Positions 12,301-25,469 of a stretch of 64,000 nt of DNA are shown here, one piece after another (position 1 is the stretch's first letter; every line of letters begins with the position of its first letter). The notes under the pieces are model-generated. The model saw nothing but the letters and a program-made list of their open reading frames with translations, had not been told where the DNA came from and did no database searches. The stretch is from Geosiphon pyriformis uo1 (taxonomy: Eukaryota > Fungi > Glomeromycota), in NCBI GenBank assembly GCA_016748015.1, contig JAAOMT010000617.1, forward strand, positions 314,257-378,256, written 5' to 3'. The translations under genes were made by a program, and so were the position numbers.

Positions 12301-13080
12301 CTGTGAAAAGTTTTTCAATGATTACGAAAAGCAGGATTGAAACTAAACATTAAAAAATGCTACTTCGGAAAAACAAGTTTGGCCTTTCTTGGCCACATTG
12401 TGAGCAAAGATGGAATTAAACCAGACTCTAGAAAAATCAGCACTGTCAAGAACTTCAAGACTCCATAAAATACCACAGAATTGAGAGGATTTATTGGATT
12501 AGCTTCCTATTACCGAAAATTTATCAAAGGATTCTTAGAAATCGCAAAACCCCTCAACCAGCTTACTACTAAAAACATCAAATACAAATGGATGGAAAAA
12601 CACCAAAAAGCTTTTAAAATTCTCAAGGAAAAGCTGACAACAGCTCCAATTCTAGCCTACTCAGACTTCAGTAACCAATTTCGACTAGCTACAGATGCTT
12701 TTTACACTGCCTTTGGTGCTATTTTATTACAATTAGATAACAATAGAAATGAGCAAGTAATCGCTTATGCTAGTAGAACATTAAAACCAGCCAAGAAAAA
12801 CTACCCTGCCACAGAACTAGAAACAGCAGCTGTAGTTTGGGCCCTACACTACTTCAACCTTTATTTCAGATCTAAAAAATTCGATATTATCACTGATAAT
12901 ATTGGACTCAAATAACTTCAGAACAAAAACACTCAGCTAAATGCAAAACAAACCTGATGGACAGGATTTTTAGCCAACTACTGATATATTATATACCACA
13001 AACCAGAAAAACTCCACACCAATGTTGATTGTCTCTTAAGAATGAGGCAAGATTAGAATACAAAACCAACACCCATTTGA
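9300..13080 (+). pseudogene. pol: Gypsy A pol: aspartic protease (~9480-9790), Cys-rich domain (~10040-10675), dUTPase, RT (~11780-12480), RNase H (~12670-13050)
   Basis: LILNNGFAKS (decayed LILDSGS protease motif), MPFGLCNAPATFQ, VYLDD at ~12244-12258, LATDA...IAYASRTL...ELETAAVVWAL...IITDN. Many TGA/TAA stops arise from CGA/CAA/TGG. Confidence 0.95.
10790..11215 (+). pseudogene. dut: dUTPase domain within Gypsy A pol
   Basis: All five trimeric dUTPase motifs in one frame: IGYNL (10850-10864), S*SSLA (RSS, CGA>TGA), GIIDVEYTGDI, KIAQAI, RGTKGFGSTG (11186-11215). Confidence 0.93.
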
Positions 13081-13102
13081 ATTAACAACAAAACAACAAA
13101 CA

Positions 13103-14480
13103 ATGAACTCTGAAAATTACAACAATTTTAAACAATATTTGAAAATATTAACAATCCCAACAAGATGAAAAACATTGGTTACAACAACAAGCCAAATAAT
13201 ACTTCTTACACAACAACATTATTTATTATTGAAACTTCAGAAACCCAAACAGTTCACTTAGATTAATACAAGAACATAAAAAAGAAACTATTTTATATAA
13301 CATATACTTAGACCCTTCATCAGCACACCTAGGAAAAGACAGCACCACCTAGAGAACACTAGAATATTATTTTTGGCCTCAAATGAGAAAAGACATTCAT
13401 GAATATGTTAAGTCTTGTGATAGTTGTCAAAGAAGAAAAGGAACTTGTCCTACAGAATCTTTAAACCCAATTAAAGTTGAACAGCCTTTTGACCGAGTTG
13501 GTATCAATTTAGTCAGACCACTCTTTATTACAAACCAAGGAAACTGTTATATTGTAGTAGCTGTAGACTATTTCACCAAATGGCCTAAAGCCAAAGCCAT
13601 TCAATGAGCAGATGCGAAATTAGTAGCAAACTTTATCTACAAAGACATTATTTGTAGACATGGATGTCCAATAGAACTTTTATCTGATCAAGAAACACAT
13701 TTTGTGAACAATTTAATCCAGGAAATTTGTGAACAATTTAATGTCAAGAGACCATTATCTTCACTCTATCATCCACAAACAAATAGACTTGTAGAATGTT
13801 TCAACAGAACATTGTGTGAATCATTAGCCAAAGTCTTAACCAATTTTGAGCAAGAATGGGATCTTTTTATTCCATCAGTGTTACTAGCATATAGAACACT
13901 AAAACAAGATACCACAAAACACACACTATTTGATTTAACTTATGAAAAGACAGCAACATTACCAATTAGTTTCACAGTGGAAACATACCCAGCACAACTA
14001 ATTGATAAAAACAATTTCCAGAAAACACTACAATGAAGAGCCTACACTCTACTTAGCACATTGGAAGGAAAACAATGAATAGCAGCCACCCATATTAAAC
14101 ACTTCCAAGCTCAACAAAAAGAATGACATGATGACAAATTGCCTCCAGTTACCAATGGATTTAAAATCGAAAACAAAGTTCTCTTATACAAAACTAAAGC
14201 TGAAAAACAATGAAGTGAAAAATTTGAAAATAAATGGAATGGACCATTCTTTATCCATGAAATCCTAGGCAATAGATCATACAAGCTAAGACTTGATGAC
14301 AAAATCCTAGCAAAAGTTGCACATGGAGATCATTTGAAACACTATAATTCCAGAAACAATCCTGAACTATTAATTCCACAAATTGATATACATTCCCCTT
14401 TAATCAATCCTGAAGATATTGCCCAAAATTTAGAACCAATAGTTGTCATTGAACAATCTTCCAACTTAAACACTTAATTT
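13103..14480 (+). pseudogene. Gypsy A integrase (separate ORF, decayed)
   Basis: ATG 13103 (MNSENYNNFKQYL...); AHLG...CDSCQRR zinc domain; GINLV/VDYFTKW/LSDQ/VECFNRTL catalytic core; KWNGPFFI GPF motif. No chromodomain recognised. Confidence 0.9.
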
Positions 14481-14599
14481 AAATTTATTATTATAGTTAT
14501 CTCCTTATAATTTAGAAACAATCTCACAAAAACAAAACAAAAATAACATAAAAACCCATACACCAAAAATAATTTTCTTTTATTTTCAAATCTCTTATA

Positions 14600-15319
14600 A
14601 TGACTATTTCTCAAAACATTCAACAATTATCCCAAAAACTAATATTAGGTTTAAAAACAATACCTGAATTATCCATTACTGTTACTGGAAACCACATTAA
14701 TTATACCCAAACAGAAGTAGTTACAAATTTAGTCCCAAATGCACAAAAATATCACCTGTATAAGAAGAACACAAGAAGTTATTCTGGAATTCACCTGCCA
14801 GAACTTTTAAAGCTTGCTTTAAGAGAAAACTTAATACTCACTCCTATTAGTATTCCACCAAATGCTACTATTTAACAAAAACTTTAACTGTGTCTTAATG
14901 AAGAAAACTACGACTATACTCCAATATATAAATATTTCTACATTGGAAAAACACTTCACGAACAAAAACAGGAGCTTATAGCAGCAAACCTCACAAAAGA
15001 AGCTATTCAGAAACAACTCCACAACGAATTCAAGACAACAGCTGGACCTACAAACAGTCATTATAAACTAAGAGCTGTTCTTAGACTTTATAACCTATTC
15101 TACACCTGTGAAAACGTCCTACAAAACCCAATTTTATAGTCTTTGAAGATTCAATACATTGGAAAGCTCACAGAACTGAAATTTCAACAATTTTCAGACC
15201 AAATTTCTTCAATAATTTTGGACTATTATCTGGAAATTACAGACAGTACTTGGACTTTAATGGAGCTCAGTCTTGAGGAGGAGGTTATGTTACCAGACGA
15301 AATTAAAGATATTGTTTAG
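14600..15319 (+). pseudogene. Gypsy A ORF3, unknown ~239-aa protein overlapping PPT and U3
   Basis: Single frame from ATG 14600 to TAG 15317-15319 with three internal stops (TAA, TAA, TAG), each a C>T change from a Gln codon. Alignable by eye to 41427-42083. Confidence 0.75.
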
Positions 15320-17274
15320 CATGAAATTACCCTTATAAATTTTATCATTAATTAGTATATATTATTGTTTCAAATTATCACTTATTACATTAGCAAAATA
15401 TCCGAAATATTATTTAATTAATAACCCAATTTGTACATAACACAAATGTAACCTAATTGTGATGATTAATCATGCAATACTCCGAACTATGTAATATTCA
15501 AAAAGTTTGCCAAAATTTGTAAGAAATTTGCCGAAATAATTGATAGTTCACCGAAATATCTAATAATTTGCAGAAATAACTTGTAGTTCACTGATGTTAC
15601 CAGAGGTTTTTGGTCTCTTTTCTTAAATATTGGTAATGTTAATTTGCTGTGAATTCACGTTTTCAGGAAGTAGTTAAACCTCCAATAACTGAATTTATCT
15701 TCAAATTATCTCCTATAATTTGAACTGCTGGACTTATAAGTGGAATGGCCAATTCCTTGCCACTTACTTTATGTAGTTACATTGTAATAAATGTCAACTC
15801 TTTCCCAGGAATTGCTCGTCTGGAAGCTCACTAAAAATGTGTAGTTACTTTGCTGTAAAAGTCAACTCTTCTACAGGAATCTTGTCTGTAAGCTACCCTA
15901 ATGATTGTAATAAGAAAAGAAAAGAAAAATAAAAGAAATGTAAAAGAAATAGAATTTTGTCAAGAGGAACGTTTTCTATCCAGGCCTGGAGTCACTAACA
16001 GTTTACTGAAATTGGTAGCTAATCAATTTCGAAATGTTAGTTGGTTTTTGGGGATTTTCCAAGGGCAATAATTAAAGAATTTGGTTTTTCAAATTATTTG
16101 GTATTTATTTCTTTTTGTGTGTGTAGAAATGGTTCTAAGTAATAAATCTAAAGTAAGATACATTTTCCAGAAGAGAAAAGCTCTTCTTTTATACAACTTG
16201 TTGTAGTACTAGTTTATGAACTTGCACTTTTTTCTTTTTGCCCAAATTCCGGCAAACTAAAGATACATTTTGATGAACTACAAGTTATTTCGCTGAACTA
16301 TTGATTAATTTGGGTGAACTATTCATAATTTCAGCGAATTTCTTATAAATTTCAGCAAATTTCTGTAAATTTCGGCAAATTTTTAAATGTTACAGAGTTC
16401 AAGGTATTGTGTAATTTGATCATCTTACTTTCTGTTATACTAATTAGATTATTTTAATTGAATCGTGATATGTGATAATTGATTAAATAATAACTGATAA
16501 TTTGAAATGATATTAATATACTAATGAATTATAGGAATTATAAGGGTAATTTCATGCTAATTTAATAGCTAAAATTCTACTGGTAACACCGAAATGTATT
16601 TTTAGTTCAGCAAAATTATAGAAAATAGCAAAATTCAAGTTCATAGAATAGTGTTATGACAAGTTGTATAAAAGAAGAGCTTCTCTCATCAAAAAAATGT
16701 ATCTTACTCTAAATTTATCACTTGAAATTATTCCTACATACACAAAAAAAAATAAATATCAAATAATTCAAAAAAAAACCAAATTCTTTAATTATTGCAC
16801 TTGGAAAATCCCCAAAACCCAACTAACGCTTTAAAATTAATTAGATACCAATTTTAGTAAACTATTAGTGATTTCAGGCCTGGATAGAAAACGTTTCCCT
16901 TGACAGAATTCTATTTCTTTTACATTTTTTATTTTTATTTTCTTTCTTTTATTTTCTTATCATAATTATTAGGGTAGTCTACAGACAAGATTCCTGTAGA
17001 AGAGTTGATTTTCACAGCAAAGTAACTACACATTTTAGTGAGCTTCCAAATGAGCAATTCCTAGGAAAGAGTTAATATTTACTACAACGTAACTACACAA
17101 AGCAACTGGCATGGAATTGGCCATTCCACTTATAAGCCCAGCAGTTCAAATTATAGGAGATAATTTGAAGATAAATTCAGTTACTGGAGGTTCAACCACA
17201 TCCAGAAAACGTAAATTCACAGCAAACAGGCATCAATAATATTACAGAAAAGAGACCAAAAACCTCCAGTAACA
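15288..17274 (+). repeat. 3' LTR of Gypsy A, interrupted at 15595-16588
   Basis: 15288-15594 and 16593-17274 together match 6370-7359. Confidence 0.95.
15595..16588 (-). mobile_element. Solo LTR (994 bp) of a sister subfamily, inserted in inverted orientation
   Basis: Begins TGTTACCAGAGGTTTTTGGTCTC (reverse complement of the A LTR end) and ends TGGTAACA. TSD CTGA (15591-15594) / CCGA (16589-16592); the empty site in the 5' LTR is CCGA. Confidence 0.95.
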
Positions 17275-17278
17275 CCAG

Positions 17279-18723
17279 CCACTTAAGCTGATCAGAACAA
17301 TACTATACAACTATATAAATTAAAACTAAGCTACCAATGTCCAAAAAAAACAAACAAGATTTGCAAAAACCAAAATACACATCAAAGACCTTAATAATAC
17401 CAAGCAATTTGACCACACTAGCAAAACATCTCAAAGCCAAACCAGATACTAATATGAAAGCCAAACCATCTAGAGGAATCAGTTCACTTCTCTTCAAACA
17501 TGCACAATGCTTAGCATAGACCAACCAGATGTTATCTTTATAACCAAGACTAAGAGAATACACAAAATTAACAATTTTCAATCTATCAACTTTGAGATTA
17601 TAGAAGATAGAAACAGTTTCATTAAACCAACCATTAAAAACAAAGCCCTTATAAAAAGCTGTAGACACAGAGGAATTAGAAACACAAGATGCCAACAACT
17701 GTAATACACTTGAAAAATGATGAAAGAAACCAGAAAGTGTTTTCCAAAAAGCCACATAGGAGTTTAATATATTATGATAAGCAAAGATATTGACCTCATA
17801 AGAGAAAACATGATCTGACAACTCCACTTCACCACAGTATAAACACAACACACTAGGGTAATGTCTATTATAAAGGCACTTCTGAACAGTAACAGACAGC
17901 TGATAGTACAAAGCTTTTATAAAATAGATATATGCATTAGCCAAAAACTTACTAGTAAAACTAGCAGCCATATGCAAATCAGAATGTTATACCAATAATA
18001 AGCTGAGCCAATCAACATCTGAAAGCAAACTGTCTGCCAAAAACTTTAAACTAAAACCAATCTTCCAATGCACTTGACAAATAAAATGAAAAATATCATA
18101 AACAAAGTGTCTAGAATTGTCAGAAACAACACTATCATCAGTCACTATAAAGTGTTCATCCAAGTAAAAAAGAAGATACCAGCCAGAAAAAGAAGTGGCA
18201 TCAGTTATTGTATTAACATGCTTATTCCCCAAAATGCCAGAGTAACCTTTTACTTTATGTTAGCCAACTCTCAAATTCTTACTATGAATAATGTTCACAA
18301 TATACTGGTGCTTAACCCAACACTAATTATGAAAATCAGGGCTTATCAGACTCAATTCTGACTTATAAGCATCTAAAGCAGATTGACTATCCAAAAACAA
18401 GTTAACAGAACTAAATAGGAAAACACACTCTAAAGCCAATATAATAGTCTGCAATTCCACCAAAGTAGATAATATTAAACCTAACACATCAACACCCAAA
18501 CCCAAATTAATGTCCTCGAAAAAAACTGCAGCATCAGCCCTTCTATTAACTATGTTCAGATCCTTTAAAGACCCATCTGTATAAACAGACAAACTGCCAG
18601 AAACAACTTGAAAAAGACAATCATGAACAGATATAAAATTACAAGAATCAAAAATGTTTAAAAGACCAACACCATCCAAAACAGTAGGAAAAGTAGGAGA
18701 AGAAACCATGCTTTTGAAAATGC
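17279..18723 (-). mobile_element. 5'-truncated LINE: ORF2 RNase H and C-terminal Cys/His domain
   Basis: VYTDGSL...STLVELQTI...LFLDSQSAL (18323-18745) and CLYCGEVELSDHVFS (17303-17977). Homologous to 27809-29100. Confidence 0.9.
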
Positions 18724-20959
18724 ATTTTATAATATATATAAACAAAAAAATAATGTTTTATTTAAAAAAACTTATTAAAATAATTTTTAGATATTTTTAA
18801 AGTAAAAATAAGAAAATAAAAATTATAAAATAATATAAATTTATTAAAATTAATTATATTTTATTTTATAAGAATATATTTTTTCTTAAATTATTTATAA
18901 TAGTAATTTTAATATTATTTTTGTTTAGTAAATTAATTTAACAAAATAAAAAATTATAACTAAAAATTATTAGTTTAAAATATTAATAAATAAATACAAG
19001 TGATATTTATTATTAACTAAAAATTAATTAAAATAACAATTTAAATTTATATATAAAATATAAAAAATAATTTTGGTTTTAAAATATATTTTACAATTTA
19101 ACAAAGTTTTAATAAATTTAAATAGTTAAACTATTTTAAATATTTAAATTTTTGAGATTTTTTAAATCTTATTCAATTTTTGCAATTATTGTTAATTAAA
19201 AAAAACATATTATAAATATTATAAAAAACAAAAATTATTTTAAAATTTATAAAAATAAATATTCAGATAAACTTATTAAAAACATAGCTGAATTATTGTT
19301 TTTTTATCTGTTTTAATTTGTAAATAATATATTAAAAATAAGAATATAATTGTATTTAATAATATATAGTATTTTATTTACAATATTTATTACACAATTT
19401 ATTATATATATTAAAAAACTGGCTTTAATTTTAATATTAATAATAATAATATAATTAAAAATATTAATTGAATTTATATTTTTATAATTTAGTATTTAGA
19501 TTTTTATATAGCTTTTAATTTTATAAACAAAGTTTTAACCAGTTTGCTATTTATATAATATAAATAATTCACAAAAAATTACTAATTATTATTAAAAAAT
19601 AGTTATATAATAGTTTTTATCTTAATATTTAATATTTATATTATAATAAAATTGAATTTTTAAATTATTTATTTATTTATGCATTTAATAATATTAACTA
19701 TATAGATTTGGTATTTATTAATACTAAGTTTTAATATTTAAAATATATATTTTATTATATTTTATTTTATAACTATTGTTTAATTATTTAGTTAATACTA
19801 ATTTGTATATAGTTTTATATAAAAACATCATATTTAAGAATTGATTTAATAAAACTTTTTTAGTTTTTGATAATATTAGAGTAATAATTGCTAAATTAAT
19901 CAAATTTATTTGTAATATAATAATTAAGTATTAAAATAAATATAATTAATTAAATTTAAATATAAAACTATTTTTAAGAAAAAAAATTAATTATATTTTA
20001 ATGTTTTTATTTTTTTTAAGTTTTTTAAAGATAATATAATTAAATTATTAAATATAATTAAGATTTTTGAAAAAAGTTTTAAAACATATATATATTGTGT
20101 TTTTTTAATTTAAACAATAATATTATAGTAAAAATAAATATATAATATAGTCTTAATTAATTTAAGTAACTAATTATATATAGTTAATACATAAACTATA
20201 TTTAATTTAAAATATGTAATTTTTGTATTATAATTAATAGCAATTAGATTTTATTTATAAAATTTAATAAAAAATAATAATTTTAACTTAAAAATTTTTA
20301 TTTTATTTTTAATATTTTTTTATTAATACAAAATATTTTATAATAATTTAATAATAATATTTTTTTATTCAGCTTAATAAGTATAATTTAATTATTATTT
20401 AATATAATATAGCAATTAAGTATTTTAAATTAGATATAATTTATGTATTTTTTATATATAATTATATTAAAAAAAATATTTTTATTAATTTGTAAAAAAC
20501 ATTTATTATAATCTTAAATCAAAATATAAAATATAATTTTTTTAATATTTAGTATTTTATTATATTTTTAAATAAAATCAAAAAATTATTATTAATAGAT
20601 AATAAACTATTTTTTTAACATAATTTTAAGTTTAAAATTAAACAAACAAAATTTCTTTTTATGTTTAATTACAAAATTATAAACAAAATTTACTAATTAT
20701 ATTAATATGTTTTTAATATTATCAGAAGTTAATATAGTTTTTATAATTTAATTTTTAAACAGAAAGTTTTAATATAATACAAATTAATATTACTAAAAAT
20801 TAAAACACTTTAGACAAATCTATATTAATATTGTTAATAATTATCAAATAAATATATTTTTATTTAACAAATTTTAATGAGCAGTTAAATTTAAACTGTA
20901 AATAAAACTATAATCTAAAATTTTTATCTTATTATATTTAATATATAATATATATATTT

Positions 20960-23900
20960 TTTATTATATTTAATAAATAAGATTTAAATATTATCTAATA
21001 TAATATATTAAACTAAATATTTTAAACTAATTATAAATCATATATTTACTATATATAACTAATTACTTAGACTAATTAAAACAACACTATGTTTTTACAT
21101 ATATAGAAATTATATTTTTAATATTTAAAAAAAATAAATACAATTTGTGTATACTAAAACTAATTCTAAAAGTCTTAGTAATTTCAAGCAGCTTAATTAT
21201 ATTATTAAATAGCATAAACAATAGATCAGTAATAATTATTAATATAGATTTATTATAGAAAATCAGATTACACTTTTTTATAAAAACTTAGTATTTAAAA
21301 CAAACAAACCAAATATTATTCTTATGAGCCAATTCAAAATTATATACAAAGTTTATAACCTTATAACTAACAATTTTAGCATTTTTAAAAACCGAAAAAA
21401 ACTTATAGAATCAATTTTTAAAGACAATTTTTTATACATAAAATAGAATATATAACAATATTAAAAAATACAAAGAAAATAATTGAAATATAGATAGTAA
21501 TAACTTGTACAGATTAAATAATATTTTTTAAATAACTACATAAATATTTAATAGTTTTTTATAAATTTTAACATCTATTTTACAAAAAAAATGTGGTTTA
21601 AAAATTCAATTTTTTTACAATATAAACACAAAATATTATAATAATACTTATTATACAAATATTTATAAACAGTCACTAATAGTTTCTAATATAATATTTT
21701 TATAAAATAAAAACATATTTTAGTTGTGATCTTGCTTATAAACTCAATTATCATGTAAAAATTAGAGTATTAAACCAGTAACAATCAAATTTAAACCATA
21801 TTTCCAAATTAATTTTATTATTAGTCTTAATAAATTATTTTTTTATATAAGTCAAAAATACTATATTTAAGAATAAAATAGTTTTAACTAAAATATTAGC
21901 TCTTTTATTGTCCAAAATGTTTGAATAATTTTTGATTTTATGTTAATTAATATTTGAATTTTTTTGATAATATTTACAATATATTATTACTTAATTTAAC
22001 AATAATTATAAAAATCTGATACTATTCAAAACCAATTTTGAATAGTATATATCCAAAGCAGTTTAACTGTCAAAAATTATTTCAATTATACAAAAAAAAA
22101 GAATACATTTTAAAACTAATACAATAATCTGCAGCTTAACTATTATAGAAAAAACTAACCCAAATATCCTAACAACTAAACTCAAATTTAAATTCTCAAA
22201 AAAAACTATAACACCAGTTCTTATATTAGTAATATTCAAATCACTTAGAAAATCATCAGTAAAAATAGAAAAACAGACTATACCAATACTAATAAGTCGA
22301 TTATAAATTAAACTAAACTTACATAAATCAAAAATATTCAAAAATTAAGAACTAACAACCAAAAACAATTTATTATAATAAGAAGTTAAGTTATTTAAAA
22401 ACCAAATAACTAATACAAACCAACCAAAAACAAAGTTTAAAAAGTTTATTTTCTTTTAGTATTTAAAATTTTTTAGTAAAAAACACTATTTTTTTTATTA
22501 TATAATTGTTTAATAAAAACAATCCTAAACTGTTTAAATAAGGAGAATATTTTAAAATAAACTGAATTATTTAAAAATTATTAATATCAAAGTTTTATTT
22601 TAAATTAAAATTTTTAACATAAAGAATTAACTAATGATAAATTATAATTACAAAAAATATAAACTATATTAGCCAAGAAATTATTTGCTAAATTGATTTT
22701 AATATAAACTTAAAAATACAAAAGATAATAAAAAAACCAGCTTAAAATCTATAAGTCAAGAGATATATAATTAAACAACTGGCTTAAAATACTATAAACA
22801 TTAAAAAAACTTAGTTCAAAAGCCAATTTATATTTAATTTATATTTGTTTTAAAGTTTTCAAACTATATAAAGAAAAATATTAAATTATATTACTTAAAA
22901 AGTCCAAAAAAAAACCAAATTTTAATTTCAAACTTTTATAGATTAAAGTATTTTATTTATTACATATATTATTAAAAACAAAATTAAATTGGATTCTATA
23001 ATTAATAATAGAATAAAGCACTACTAAAACTAAATACAAAAATTACTTAAAAAAAATAGTTTTTTTAATATTTTGTTAACAAAAAATTTAATATTTAAAT
23101 AAGTTTTTATTAAGCTAAGCTTTAATATATTTTTTATTAATAGAAAAATGCCTAAATATTTGTAAGTTTTCTTTTTTTTAGTAATTATAATTAACAAATT
23201 ATTAATTAATAAAAAAAAATTCACAATTTTATAATTAATCAAATAACTATTGTTTTATTATTATTGATCTAAAAAAACTTATTTATAATATTTAAAATAT
23301 ACTAAGTTATGACTTAATTATTGTCTACTTAAATTGTATTATTAATAAATATACTAACAGTAAAAAAAAATATTAGACTTATTTAACTCTTAACATATTT
23401 TGTTTTAATTACAAATTTAAAATCAATCTTATATTTACACACATATTCCTATTTTTTGACTTTATACAAAAGAGATTTATAAAAAATACACTTAAGAAAA
23501 GAGAAAAAAACTTTATTTTAATTTAATTTATTATGTATATAATAGCTATTTGTTAAGCCAAAATCAATTATAACTTGATTAATCTAATTATTGTAAATAC
23601 TACCAAAAACTTAACAAATCTGTTACATATTTTAACTTAATTTAAACTGTTTTTTAAGTGTTTTTAATTTATTAAATTATATATTTTATGTATATTTTAT
23701 AAAATTAACCACAATTTATAAATTTTTTTTCAAAATATTCTTTAATATTAAACCAATTACAAAAATCAAAAATTGTGTAGTTATATTCTTTAATATTAAG
23801 AAATTATCTTTATAAAAAATATTATATGTACTGCAAACTAAAAAAATTTTGTTAAACAAAATTTGGAATGAATTTTCTAAATAGTTTCAATTAGAGCAAT

Positions 23901-24500
23901 AAATCTGATGTTAATTAAAACTTTTTTTTACTTATATAACTTAAAAATTATTAATATTCAAGATTTTTTTCAAGATTAAAGAACTAATTTATTTATTAAA
24001 AAAATTTAACAACAAATTTAAACCTAAAAAATCACAATATTTTCAAAATTTATTTGATATTTTAAACAAACTAAAAGTCTTTTATTTGACAGCTCTATTA
24101 TAATACCTATTATTTTATTAAAACCAATCTTATTTATAATTTTAGAAAAAATATTATTAGCCATATAGTTAAAAACAAATACTGTTAATACTAAATATTT
24201 AGAACATTCTCTAATACTTTAAACTTCTTTGTTTATTTTTTTATAATTAAATTTATCTTAGATTTAATTTTCTTAGATTCTAGAACTAGATTTTTACTAT
24301 TTATTAAATAATTTAAAACTACTTTTTAAAAAAAACATTTTAAAATACTCTTAATAATGTGGTTTTTATTGACTTTAAAACTTTTTTAATAATAGTATAA
24401 ATTTTTATAATTTTAATTTGTTGAGATTCAGTAAGTTTAAGCATATAATACACTTTTTTGATCTTAGTTAACTTATATTTAACAGTATTAAGATTGATAT
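20960..24500 (-). mobile_element. Highly degenerate (AT-converted) LINE, ORF2 RT to 3' UTR
   Basis: Residual ORFs 22063-22341 (SIFTDD...IVKLQII...IIFDS, RNase H) and 23030-23242 (YKYLGIFL) are collinear with the full LINE; 3' UTR relic at ~21030-21090. Confidence 0.75.
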
Positions 24501-25075
24501 CTGATGTCAAAAAATTCTAAACATAAATATTAATAATATAGATTTTATATTTTTCTTATATGAATATATATTTTGTTTAATCTATTACAAAAATTAAAAA
24601 GTTATTATAATATTTTTAAAAAAAATATAAAAAGTACAAAAGTTTTTTAAAAACAAATTTTATAAAATACAATATTAATAATAAAACAAAAAACTCTTCA
24701 AAAAAAAGTAAATATTAAAAATTTACAGATTAAAAATAATTTAATAATATTAAAACTAATATAATATAATATATTATTATTAATAAAAAATTTATTTTAT
24801 CTATTTAAAACCATATTTGTTTAATTGTTACAATAATAAATTTATCAAAAAAAAATAAATCAGATAAAAAAACTTAGATTATACACAAAACTAAAAGTAA
24901 ACAAATTTTTTTAATACTAATTTTTAAATAAAATAAAACTTTATGTTTTTGTATTAACTATTATTAATTAAATATTAAAAAAGATATGTATTTATTTTTT
25001 AAATTAATAAAATATTAAATCAATTTAATAATGCTGTTTTTTTTAATTATTATATTTTAACAAGTAAAAATGAAT

Positions 25076-25351
25076 AGTGTCTGGTTTGGCTTCAAGATTT
25101 TCTGCTAATGTGGTCAAATTGCTTGGTATCACTGAGATTTTTAGTATGCATTTTGGTTTTCACAAATTTTGTTTGTTTTTTTCAGATGTTAATAACTCAG
25201 CTTCAGTTCATATAGTTGTATAGTGTTGTTCTGATCGGCTCAAATGGCTGGTCATATGTAGAAAGTACATGATTCATACCTATTTTAGATTATTTCTTTG
25301 ATGTATAGTTATAGGTGGTGTTTGGACCTTACTCATAAAATGTTAATAAAA
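25076..25351 (+). mobile_element. Short 5'-truncated LINE insertion with poly(A) and TSD
   Basis: Matches the ORF2 end and 3' UTR of the 17279 copy; TSD AAAAATGAAT at 25066-25075 and 25352-25361. Confidence 0.9.
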
Positions 25352-25469
25352 AAAAATGAATTTAAAAAGTTGTTAAAAAATTATTTTTATTATTAAGTAT
25401 AATATTTATAAATTACAGTTATGTTTTTTGGTTTAATCAATATTTTTTTTATTTTTTAATATTTAATAA

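Larger units (their letters stand above)
6370..17274 (+). mobile_element. Full-length decayed Ty3/Gypsy LTR retrotransposon A (gag-PR-Cys-rich-dUTPase-RT-RH / IN / ORF3)
   Basis: LTRs 6370-7359 and 15288-17274 (the latter interrupted), termini TGTTACCAGA...TCTGGTAACA, TSD CCAG (6366-6369, 17275-17278), PBS TGGTGCTC at 7362, PPT GAGGAGGAGG 15275-15284, domain order PR-RT-RH-IN. Confidence 0.97.

Noticed and set aside
14600-15319. ORF3 as a true envelope glycoprotein
   Set aside because: No signal peptide, fusion peptide, furin site or TM anchor is visible; retained as an unknown accessory ORF instead.
18750-20950. Ultra-AT-rich tracts (also 26400-27670, 42790-44290, 51000-56160, 61700-63550) as centromere or organellar insert, and their Lys/Ile/Asn-rich ORFs
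   Set aside because: The neighbouring gradient shows TE relics decaying to A/T; there are no organellar genes, and the ORFs are compositional artefacts.
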